DNA of 64,000 nucleotides. It comes from Mobula hypostoma. Taxonomy: Eukaryota. The notes under the pieces were generated by a model, which was given only the letters and a program-made list of their open reading frames with translations, was not told the origin of the DNA and made no database searches. The DNA lies in NCBI RefSeq assembly GCF_963921235.1, contig NC_086108.1, positions 54,562,001 to 54,626,000 of the forward strand, in the 5' to 3' direction. Shown one piece after another: positions 25,100 through 36,550 of this stretch (positions are counted from its first letter, which is position 1; every line of letters starts with the position of its first letter). The position numbers and the translations under genes were made by a program.

Positions 25100-27180
25100 C
25101 TTCTTAAGCACCCTATCGAACTTGAACCCCAATGTCTCCCTGCTCAGCACCAGCTTTAAGGATCTTGCCCTCAACAGTGTACTGTCTCCTTGCATTTGCC
25201 CTACCAATGTGCAATACCTCACATTTATCTGGGTTAAACTCCATCTGTGATATCTGCAACTACACTCCCTACAACTCCACCAGCCTTGGTATCATCTGCA
25301 AACTTACTAACCCACTCATCTACATTATCCAGATCATTTATATACATCACAAACAGCAGAGATCCCAGCACAGATCCCTGTGTAACTCCACTAATTACAG
25401 ACCTCCAGCTCGAATAGGCCCCTTCAACAATTACCCCTCTCTTCTACATGCAAACCAGTTTGGAATCCAAACAGCCAATTCACCGTGAAAACCATGCTCC
25501 CTAAGCATCTGGATTAGCCTCCCATGCGAGACTTTGACAAACACCTTACTAAAATCCACATAGACAACATCCACTGCCTGACCTTCACAAAACTCTCTCG
25601 TCACTTTGTCAAAAACATCAATTTAGTTGTTAAGACATGACTTACCTGCACAAAGCCATGCTGCCTCTCCTTAATTAGGCTATGGGTTTCCAAGTACTCT
25701 TATATCCTATCCCTAAGGATTTTCCCCAGTAATTTCCCTACACCTTGCGTGATAATCACCAGTCTATAGTTTCCAGTATTTTCCCTTTTTTCCCTTCTTA
25801 AATAGAGCTACAACGTTAGCCACTCACCAGTCCTCCAGAACCTCGCCTGTGCCTAGAGAGGACACGGAGATACTGGTCAAGGCCCCAGCAATCTTGTCTC
25901 TAGCCTCCCTCAATAACCTGGGGTAAGTTCCATCAGGAGCTGGGGCTTACCCATCTTCGTACTCATTAGGAGACATAACACTTCCTCCACTTTGATGTCT
26001 AAACATCCTAACATATTTATGCACTTGGCGCTGCTGGCCCTTTACCATCATGGCTCCTCAGAGTGCTTGAAAGACAAGCTGTCTCCCCCGAAGATCCCAT
26101 CGACCTTGAAAGCCTCATCACTCTGGCTCTCTGTATTGACAAGTATCTCATGGAACGACCTGCCAGAGCCCCAGTTCCATTCCCAGAATCATTTCAAGCT
26201 TCAGAACCTCCATTACAAATGCCTCCAGAAAACATGCCATTAGGGGGAGCTCTCTTGACCCCCCCTCCTCCCACCTAAGAACGTGTGTTGGTGAAGAAAA
26301 AACATGAGTCTACTGCAGAGCAGTAACCACCAACAGCAGCCGGGAAGTGGTGCCCCCCACATAGAAACGAGGTGCCTCCTATTTGGTCCCCCATTCCAGC
26401 ACCAGTCACACTCTCTGTCCTCCTCCACATTTCATTGACTCTACGTGCAGAGGAGGCATTTACTATCGTGGACTCAACAAAATTGCCATTACGAACCACT
26501 ACCCTCTCCTCTTGATGGATAGTGCATCTGCGGGGCCCAAATCTCCACCAAACTGGAGCTACGGAGTGCATACAACCTGATCCGCATCTGCCGGGGGATG
26601 AGTGGAAGATGGCATTTATCACACCCACTGACCACTATGAATACTTAGTGATGCCTTTCGGATCTTCCAACGGTTTCCAAGCCTTCGTTAACGATATCCT
26701 CCAAGATTTGCAGCACAGTTTTGTGCTCACTTACCTCAATGACATCCTCATCTTCTCCAAGAACTCCCAGAACCACGCCTGCCACGACCATTCAGTCCTT
26801 CAGTGTCTCCTTGAACACCAACTTGACTGCAGGTTAGAGAAGTACCAGTTCCACACCCCAGCCATCTCCTTCCTGGGCTATGTCTTTTTACCCCAAGGCA
26901 TAACCTTGGACCTGGAGTAAGTACGTGCTGTTGTTGAATGACCCTGACCAGGCACCTAGAGTTCTTCTTGGGTTTCTCCAACTTCTACCGCCGTTTCATC
27001 AGAAACTACAGCCAGATCACCACTCCTCTCACCTCCCTCACGGATAACCTGGTTTGCCGCCATGAGCCATGCTTTTGAGGAGCTCAAATGATGCTTCACC
27101 ACCACTCCCACTGGTGAGTTATCTTCTTCAAAACAATTTAATTTCATCATCTTCTTCTGACTGAGTTCCAAAGATGTTGT

Positions 27181-29571
27181 AGAACATAGAATAGTACAGC
27201 ACATTACAGGCCCTTCGGCCCACAATGTTGTGCTGACCCTCAAACCCTGCCTCCCATATAAGCCCCCACCTTAAATTCCTCCATATACCTATCTAGTAGT
27301 CTCTTAAACTTCACTAGTGTGTCTGCCTCCACCACTGACTCAGGCAGTGCATTCCACGCACCAACCACTCTCTGAGTAAAAAACCTTCCTCTAACATCCC
27401 CCTTGAACTTCCCACCCCTTACCTTAAAGCCATGTCCTCTTGTATTGAGCAGTGGTGCTCTGGGGAAGAGGCGCTGGCTGTCCACTCTATCTATTCCTCT
27501 TATTATCTTGTACACCTCTATCATGTCTCCTCTCATCGTCCTTCTCTCCAAAGAGTAAAGCCCTAGCTCCCTTAATCTCTGATCATAATGCATACTCTCT
27601 AAACCAGGCAGCATCCCAGTGAATCTCCTCTGTACCCTTTCCAATGCTTTCACATTCTTCCTATGGTGAGGCAACCAGAACTGGACACAGTACTCCAAGT
27701 GTGGCCTAACCAGTATTTTATAGAGCTGCATCATTACATTGCGACTCTTAAACTCTACCCCTCGACTTATGAAAGCTAACACCCCATAAGCTTTCTTAAC
27801 TACCCTATCTACCTGTGAGGCAACTTTCAGGGATGTGTGGACATGTACCCCCAGACCCCTCTGCTCCTCCACACTACCAAGTATCCTGCCATTTACTTTG
27901 TACTCTGCCTTGGAGTTTGTCCTTCCAAAGTGTACCACCTCACACTTCTCTGGGTTGAACTCCATCTGCCACTTCTCAGCCCACTTCTGCATCCTATCAA
28001 TGTCTCTCTGCAATCTTCGACAATCCTCTACACTATCTACAACACCACCATCCTTTGTGTCATCTGCAAACTTGCCAACCCACCCTTCTACCCCCACATC
28101 CAGGTCGTTAATAAAAATCACGAAAAGTAGAAGTCCCAGAACAGTTCTTTGTGGGACACCACTAGTCACAATCCTCCAATCTGAATGTTCTCCCTCCACC
28201 ACAACCCTCTGCCTACTGCAGGCATGCCAATTCTGAATCCACCTGGCCAAACTTCCCTGGATCCCATGCCTTCTGATTTTCTGAATAAGCCTACAGTGTG
28301 GAACCTTGTCAAATGCCTTACTAAAATCCATATAGATCACATCCACTGCACTATCCTCATCTATATGCCTGGTCACCTCCTCAAAGAACTCTATCAGGCT
28401 TGTTAGACATGATCTGTCCTTCACAAAGCCATGCTGACTGTCCCTGATCAGACCATGATTCTCTAAATGCCCATAGATCCTATCTCTAAGAATCTTTTCC
28501 AACAGCTTTCCCACCACAGACGTAAGGCTCACTGGTCTATAATTACCCGGACTACCCCTACTACCTTTTTTGAACAATGGGACAACATTCGCCTCCCTCC
28601 GGTCCTCCGGTACCATTCCCGCGGACAACGAGGACATAAAGATCCTAGCCAGAGGCTCAGCAATCTCTTCTCTCGCCTCGTGGAGCAGCCTGGGGAATAT
28701 TCCATCAGGCCCTGGGGACTTGTCCGTCCTAATGTATTTTAACAACTCCAACACCTCCTCTCCCTAAATATCAACATGCTCCAGAACATCAACCTCACTC
28801 ATATTGTCCTCACCGTCATCAAGTTCCCTCTCATTGGTGAATACCAAGGAGGAGTATTCGTTGAGGACCTCGATCACTTCCACAGCCTCCAGGCAGATCT
28901 TCCCACCTTTATCTCTAATCGGTCCTACCTTCACTCCTGTCATCCTTTTGTTCTTCACATAATTGAAGAATGCCTTGGGATTTTCCTTTACCCTACTTGC
29001 CAAGGCCTTCTCATGCCCCCTTCTTGCTCTCCTCAGCCCCTTCTTAAGCTCCTTTCTTGTTTCCCTATATTCCTCAATAGACCCATCTGATCCTTGCTTC
29101 CTAAACCTCATGTATGCTGCCTTCTTCCACCTGACTAGATTTTCCACCTCAATTGTCACCCATGGTTCCTTCACCCTACCATTCTTTATCTTCCTCACCA
29201 GGACAAATTTATCCCTAACATCTTGCAAGAGATCTCTAAACATCGACCACATGTCCATAGTACATTTCCCTGCAAAAACATCATCCCAATTCACACTCAC
29301 AAGTTCTAGCCTTATAGCCTCATAATTTGCCTCTCCCCAATTAAAAATTTTCCTGTCCTCTCTGATTCTATCCTTTTCCATGATAATTCTAAAGGCCAGG
29401 GAGCGGTGGTCACTTTTCCCCAGATGCTCACCTACTGAGAGATCTGTGACCTGACCCAGTTCATTACCTAGTACTAGATCTAGTATGGCATTCCCCCTGG
29501 TCGGCCTGTCCACATACTGTGACAGGAATCCGTCCTGGACACACTTAACAAACTCTGCCCCATCTAAACCC
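27181..29571 (-). mobile_element. Young CR1 LINE, 5'-truncated, with a 504-aa uninterrupted RT segment
   Basis: ORFs 27240-28754 and 28764-29513 (endonuclease end SDH, KFADDTK); (TTCTATG)n tail; nearly identical to 8736-10851. Confidence 0.95.
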
Positions 29572-30435
29572 TGCGATGGACCCTGTGATGGTCCATTCCA
29601 GCTGAAATGGAGACCGACCCTTAGACCATCATTCCATTAACTCAGGTCCTCAACCTGATCACCTGGAAACTTGAGAATCAGATCCACCAGGCCCTAAAGC
29701 ATAAGCTTCCTCTGGCTGACGCATCTGACAGTCACATCTACATGTCGGCGGTTTAACACTCTGAAGCACTCCAGTGTGCCCACTCCACACCCCTCTCTAG
29801 CCATCCAGGTGCATGACAGACTTTGGATTTTCAGTGAGTCTGGTTCAGCTGGCCCACCATGACCATAGCTGTATGTCTGTTTGTTGCTGCCTGCACTCAG
29901 TGCACCCGGCCCAGTCTACACGGTTCCTGATGGATCCATGTTGTCATGGACAGAGGTGAGTAGGATTGGTACGGCCTAGCGGAGAGGCCTTTGGTGTCAT
30001 CTTGGAACCATTGTCGTTGATGAGTTCCACTGGACCCATCCAGATCAGCCTGGGTCATCGGGAACCGCCCACAGGTGGGATGGGGGAGGTCCTGTCGGGT
30101 CTTTTTCCGCTAACAACTCCCAGTCTGTACATGCAGGCACCTCCCTGTCTCCACCCAGCTAATAGGATTCACCTGCCCCTCGTCCAGACTCATCATGTGC
30201 AGCTTATTTAACCCCAGTTTTCATCCATTGTCCTCTTCAATCATCATCGAACCAGCTGCTCCGGCCTTTCACTCTCCCTGCCTGAAGTTTACTTTGTTGC
30301 CTACTGTGTTTCGTTTCTGTTCTCTCTTGTTTTGTGTCTTGTCATTTTCTGGTCTATTATTAAAGTTATCATTCACCTCTGAATCATCTCCACTGTTCTG
30401 CTTTTGGGTCAACCCTCCTCTACATTTTCCTGACA

Positions 30436-31770
30436 CTGATTTCATTTACCCTATCTATCCACCGTTTATTCATAATGTGCCTTGCCATTATGCCACAGGC
30501 GTCCTCGTCTTTCCATAGCCATGACTGTTCTTGGCAAACTTTTCTACAGAAGTTGTTTGCTACTGTTTTCTTCTGGGCAGTGTCTTTGCAAGACAGGTGA
30601 CTCCAGCCATTATCAATACTCTTCAGAGATTGTCTGCCTAGTGTCAGTGATCGCATAAGTAGGACTTATGCTGTGCACCAGCTGTTCATACGACCATTCA
30701 CCACCTGCCCCCATGGCTTCACATGATGCAGTTGGAGGGCTTAGCAGGTGCTAAACCTTGCGTGTGGGTGACCCGCAGAGTAACGAAGGGAAGAAGGCTT
30801 TAGTCCTCCTTTGGTAGAAACATGTCTCCACCCCACCACCCGACTGTATCTATACCCCTCATAATTTTGTATACCTCTATGAAATCTCCCCTCATTCTTC
30901 TATGTTCTAGGGAATAAAGTACTAACCTATTTAACTTTGCCCTATAATTCAGGTCCTCAAGTCCTGGCAACGTCCTTGTACATTTTCTCTACACTCTTTC
31001 AATCTTATTTACATCTTTCCTGTAGGTAGGTGACCAGAACTGCACACAATACTCCAAATTAGGGCTCACGAATATTTTGTACAACTTCAATGTAACATCC
31101 CAATTTCTGTCATCAGCACAGAAGGCCAATGTACTAGAAGTTTTCTTTGTGACCCTATCTAGCTGTGACGCCACTTTGAAGGAATTATGGATCTGTATTT
31201 CCCCAATCCCTCTGTTCTTCTGCACTCCTGCATTTGATTGCATTTATGCCTGACCCACTGCCTCTCCTTCCTTACAGTCTCTCCACACATTGCATCTACC
31301 TTTACACCAACTGCACCATCATCTGGCCTATCACTTTGGCTTCCATCCCTGCCAACTGAGTTTAAACCCTCCACAACAGCTCTAGCAAACCAGCCCACAA
31401 GTACGTTGGTCCCCCTTAAGTTCAGATGTAAACCATCCCTTTTGTACAGGTCATACCTTCCCCAGAAGAGATCCCAATGATCAAAAATCTGAAACCCTGC
31501 CCCCTACACCAGTTATCCAGCCACACATTCATCTGCCATGTTATCCTATTCTTACCCTCACTGGTGTGTGGCACAGGCAGCAATCCAATGATTACTACCT
31601 GCTTTTTAGCTTCCTTCTGAGCTCCCCATATTCACTCTTCAGGACCTCCTCCCTTTTCTTGTCTACGTTGTGGATACTAATATGCAATTATGACCTCTGG
31701 CAGTCCACCCTCCCTCTTAATAATGCTGTCGACCCAATCTGAGACATCTCTGACATTGGCACTTGGGAAG
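30436..31770 (-). mobile_element. CR1 continuation (ORF2 3' part and ORF1 esterase remnant), interrupted by a SINE
   Basis: Joins 17488-17816 across the gypsy TSD; NLEYCVQFWSPTYRKDVNKIERV; ORF1-like sequence at 31240-31770 resembles 41820-42200. Confidence 0.8.
30459..30846 (-). mobile_element. SINE or non-autonomous retroposon, probably RTE-related (388 bp)
   Basis: Perfect 7-bp TSD TATCTAT (30452-30458, 30847-30853); non-coding; minus strand has a GCAAAC.ACTTC...TTTGCCAAGAA block like that in RTE-derived SINEs. Confidence 0.6.
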
Positions 31771-32559
31771 CAACATGCTAGGTTTACAGGGTACTTTGTA
31801 AATTGGATGATGGAAATGAGGGCAACGGAGAAGTAAATAAAGTAGTTGTAAATCAACAAAATATCCAAAAGCAAATATATGATTGCATAAAAGGAAATGA
31901 AGATTTTGCTAAAGTTGGCCAGCAGTGATTGCCTCCAGTGCCATGAATGATAGAAGAAAATTAACATGACATTATGACGAACTGGATCCCTTTCGGTGCT
32001 AAATCCAAGTGCAGCCAGATTTCAATATAGAGGTGCTTCGGTTTCCAAGCACATTTGAATGATTTATGAATACCAGCCTCAGGTGTGGCAGAGTTAAAAT
32101 TGACCTTTATTATTGCATCTGGCAAATGGTAGACCTGCCACATAAATATTTCTCTAAAATCAGGGGAAAGAGATTTCAAATTATATTACAGTTTCAACAC
32201 AGTCACAAATTCTGAGCATAGACTTATGGTTTCAATGCAATAATTTGTTATTATTTCTATTTAGCTGCACTTTTGGACATGACAGATTGATGCATTTTAT
32301 TGCCTGTTATTGAATCATAGCCAAAATCAATCATTTTTTTCTGAGCAGCAAAAACAAACCCAGATTAAACTGAAGGTAAAGTCTGAAAGGAGTAAGCCTT
32401 AATGAAGTGATTAGGAATTAAGTTAATTTCTAAATAGATAAACATGTTGGGATAAATTTAATATGACTAATTTAGCTGGGATATTGGTTTATGTTGCATA
32501 ATCCGTCTTGAACAATTATCTGGATACATTTACCTGGATAATAATGTATGGGAGCTGAT

Positions 32560-33691
32560 TAAGAATGTTCAGTCACTCAGCATTCAGGCTGAGGTAGTAA
32601 ATTGGATTAGACATTGGCTTTGTGGGAAAAATCAGAGGGCCGTAGTAGAAGGTTGCCTCTCTGATTGGGGGCCTGTGACTTGTGTGCTGCAGGGATTGGT
32701 GCATGGTCATTTGTGTCTGTCATCTATATCAATGATCTGGATGATAATGTGGTTAACTGGATCAGCAAATTTGTAGATGACACCAAGATTTGGGGTGTAA
32801 TGGACAGTAAGGAAGGCTATCATGGCTTCCAGAAGGATCTGGACCAGCTGGAAAAATAGGCTGAAAAATGGCAGATGGAAGTTAATGCAGACAAGTGTGA
32901 GGTTTTGCACTTTGGTAGGACCATCCAGGGTAGGTCTTACACAGTGAATGGTAGGGCATTGAGGAGAGTGGTAGAACAAAGGGATCTGGGAATACAGGTC
33001 CATAATTTGTTGTAAGTGGCGTCACAGGTAGATAGGGTCATAAAGAGAGCTTTTGACACATTGGCCTTTATGAATCAATGTACTGAGTTCAGGAGATGGG
33101 ATGTTGAAGTTGTGTAAGACGTTGGTGAAGCCTAATTTGGAGTATTCTATGCAGTTTTGGTCACCTACAGTACCTACAGGAAAGATGTAAACAAGATTGA
33201 AAGAGTACAGGGAAAATTTACATGGATGTTGCCAGGTCTGAAAGACTGGGGTTATGACGAAAGATTGAATAGTTTAGGACTGTATTCTTTAGAATGTAGA
33301 AGAATAAGAGGAGATTTGATAGAGGTATACAAAATTATGAGAGGTATAGATAGGGTAAATGCACGTATGCTATTTTCTCTGAGGTTGGGTGGGACCACAA
33401 CCAGAGGTCATGGGTTAAGGGTGAAAGGTGAGAATTTTAAGGGGAATATGAGGGGAAACTTCTTCACTCAGAGGGTTGTGAGAGTATTAAATGAGCAGTC
33501 AGTAAAAGTGGTGCATATGAGTTCGATGTCAACATTTAAGAGAAGTTTGGATAGTTACATGGATAGTCGGGATATGGAGGGCTATGGTCCTGGTGCAGGT
33601 CAATGGAGGGGAGGTATTTTAAAGGGTTTTGGCATGCACCAGATGGGATGAAGGGCCTGTTTCTGTGCTGTTCTTCTCTATGACTCTATGA
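32560..33691 (+). mobile_element. CR1 LINE 3' fragment
   Basis: IYINDLDD..KFVDDTK, RIRGDLIEVYKIMRG, NFFTQRVV; (ACTCTATG)n tail. Confidence 0.92.
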
Positions 33692-34294
33692 GGAATTCTG
33701 CAAAGGTTTTGTGCTGTATGAATGCAAATTTAAACTTTGTTTGAAATGTCACAAAGTCAAACCGGACTATTAAACAAACTCTCTGCCTCGTGAGTTAGTA
33801 GTTGCTTGGCTTTAACCTACTATGGCATTATCGCTCTTTATGGAGTTTGGCGTATGTCACTGTACACTTTCCTGGCTGCTGATTCCTATCCATCAGTGAC
33901 AGTCTCACCTACAGGGAGGACACAACCACAGACCAACAATGGAGATTATACAGCTGCTTGAGAACCATCGTAACTTCCTCAGGCTCATATGCCTCTCAGA
34001 ACTGTCGAACATAGCAGCAAGGGCCTTCTGAAGGTAATTCATGATGGTGTTGTGAACAGCAGAGGTTATCAAACATTTATCTTTCTCTCACCTCTCTCTC
34101 CCAGAGCTTTCGTCTCACAAATCATAGGTGATTGGGCTACATCCATAGTCCAGATTTAGTCTGTGAAATTTTAAATACTGTAAAATAAAAAAAAAGGCTG
34201 TTCATCCCCTCTGGTTCATGCCTCTCACAGGAGTGCAGTTTCATCTATCTAAATCCCCCAGTCCTTATTTCCCTCCAGCTTTGTAACTTAAAAA

Positions 34295-34741
34295 TTGGAC
34301 AATCGAAGTAATGTTCTGCTATAAGTTTTCCATTGCTAGAAAGATAGAAGAGGATGGTAGATAAAGTTCTGGGTGTGACGTTATACTGCCTCCTCCAACA
34401 CAAGGTCCCTCTACTCATGCCCCTTACTTCCACCAAGATAGCAACCAAAGTAAGTTTCAAATCCAGGTTTGTTGGCACTGTGATGTGGGAGTGTTGACTG
34501 CTGTACCATCATGGTCAGAGAGGCTGCAATTTCTCAGATGGATATGTCAACTGTATTTGGCTTTGGTGTCAGGGTTCCTTTCTTGTAAAATTGAAATCAC
34601 TATATCTTTCTTCAATTTAAAAGTATCCACATGATGGTGGAGGAGGCACTATAATGTCACACCCAACTTTATCTACCATCCCCTTCTTCTATTTTTCTAG
34701 CAACGGAAAACTTATAGCAGAAAATTACTTTGATTGTCCAA
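34295..34741. repeat. Long inverted repeat (about 100-bp arms, about 240-bp spacer); MITE- or foldback-like
   Basis: 34295-34397 (TTGGACAATCGAAGTAA...GCCTCCTCCA) is the imperfect reverse complement of 34638-34741 (TGGAGGAGGC...TTACTTTGATTGTCCAA). Confidence 0.85.
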
Positions 34742-36039
34742 ACAAATGACAGCAGATGTTGTGAATATACAATTTCAGTTGAAATGTGACAAGCAACTTT
34801 TCACTATGTCTTATAACAAACAATAATTAACTCAGAGTGGATCAATCATAAGCGTGTTTATTTTACTTGCAGCAAGGGAAGTCTAGCACCACAGAGGTGC
34901 CAGCGATAGCTTTGAAGAAAGCAGACATCACTCCTTTATACACAAATGTTAGCAAACTACACCTGTTCAAGGACAGGGTGTGTTCCATTCATATGCTTAT
35001 CCAGAGTACTTCACATTCTTCCAGTAACTGAACCTACTTATCTTTCTGCAGTTTGTCAAGTACTCAGGTTCCATCCCATAATGTTGCATGAACACTATTA
35101 GCAAAACACGCTGGTATAATCCAGGTTCAATTTTGTTGCAGAAAGTATGTCATTTTGTTACTACAAGTACATTTCCATAGTTGCCTTGTTAGAATTCAAT
35201 GTCAAAATTTTGTGAGATGGTGTGATGTGGACTTGTATCATTCAGCTTTACTACTTAAAAGGTCAATAGATTTTTGGACATGAGGAGAAATCAAGGGAAA
35301 GGAGGCTAGTTCAGATAAGTGGATTTGAGGTTTAAAAAATCACCCATGGTCCTATTGAATTGCAGAGTAGGTCCATGGAGCCAATTGGCCTAATTGTGTT
35401 TCATTTCTACATTTTTACATTTTAGTTTTGAAGTGGTTAAGGAAGAGAATCGGAGAAGGAAAATCTGCATCCAAAAGAGTTCCTTGAAACAATTGTGTAT
35501 AGTTAGGACGAGGAAGTAGATTATGACCCCAGTAAAGAAAAGAAAAAACTGCTGCCAGAATTAAGAAAATGTGGCTAGGGTTGTCCGAAGAAGGAATCCA
35601 TGCAAGGTGTACATATGAACTTCTAGCAGCAAGCTGAACCTGGAAAGAAAAAGTATTCCATGTTCATCTGCATCCTATAGTATCCCAACTCCCAATGAAG
35701 GTAAGATTTCATCACATCACAGTTTACACTTGCTTGTCTCTGCAGTGCACTATTCAGTTTTAATGTGGTCAGTGGTTGTTTTTATGCAGTAGGAAGGTGA
35801 ATGGTGACATTCTCAAGGACTAGAGACATTGCTTCTTCTTAAGTTAATATTAATGATCCGATGAAAGGATGGGGGACAGGGGCGAGATGCAGTTTCTAAA
35901 TTTTCAGATGTGACACAAAATTGAGTAGTACTGTGAAGAGGATAGTGATAGATTGCAATAGGAGATAGGCAGATGTATGACAACTGCATCTTAATATGAG
36001 GTGATTCATTTTTGTAGGAAGCATGCGGAGGTGTAATTT

Positions 36040-36550
36040 AGAATTGAAGAAATTATCTGAGGATTGTCAGTTCAGTGATGGGCTTAATGATGCACTGAGA
36101 GATTGTTTAGTTTGTGGAATCTTGCAAGAAAGCATTCAAAAATAGCTCCTAACTGAATCACAACTTACATTTAAAAGAGCAGTTGAAATAGCTGTATTCA
36201 TGTAAACAGCAGACAGAGACACAACTGAGTTGTAGTCAGTCAGGAATGAGAGTGCGTGTGAACAAAATGGCAGTGTCTAAATAAAAACCAGCTAGGCCAA
36301 ACAAGTTGTGTTACCACTGCGGCAGGGGTCACATACACCAGACCAACACAAATATAAAGTTGAAATGTGCAGAAAATGCAACAAGGTAGGACACATACAA
36401 AGAGCATGTCAGGCAGACAAAAGTAAATGGATTGCACAAGCAAGAAAAAAAAGATAAGAAGTCAAGTTGCAGTTTCAAAAAGAGGACTGATCTGCATGCT
36501 GTTGATAAAAGGTCTGATAATGATGAGAGCGACTTAGGATAGTGTGGCCT
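36040..36550 (+). mobile_element. Isolated Ty3/gypsy gag remnant
   Basis: ELKKLSEDCQFSDGLNDALRDCLVCGI..LLTESQLTFKRAVEIA with stops, followed by zinc-knuckle remnants (CYHCG; CRKCNKVGHIQRAC). Confidence 0.75.

Larger units (their letters stand above)
22243..26024 (-). mobile_element. Old CR1 LINE inserted in gypsy gag; itself hosts a solo LTR and a hAT transposon
   Basis: CLEYCIHFWSPHYRKNVEALER (22809-23090) and RT fragments at 25100-26020. The gag frame resumes at about 26025 (ALLALYHHG). Confidence 0.85.
17817..30435 (+). mobile_element. Decayed Ty3/gypsy (Sushi/chromovirus-like) LTR retrotransposon with both LTRs and several nested insertions
   Basis: 5' LTR TGTC...TGACA in three pieces (17817-17904, 20363-20512, 21626-21742); 3' LTR 30093-30435 after a G-rich polypurine tract (PPT); TSD CTGCT/CTGAT; gag remnants at 21750-22240 and 26025-26300; RT GDEWKMAFITPTDHYEYLVMPFG..YLNDILIFS at 26522-26920; chromodomain-like remnant near 29955-30030. 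Confidence 0.88.

Noticed and set aside
34757..35165. Possible minus-strand solo LTR (TG...CA with TATA- and AATAAA-like motifs)
   Set aside because: No TSD and no second copy in the window to fix the boundaries.
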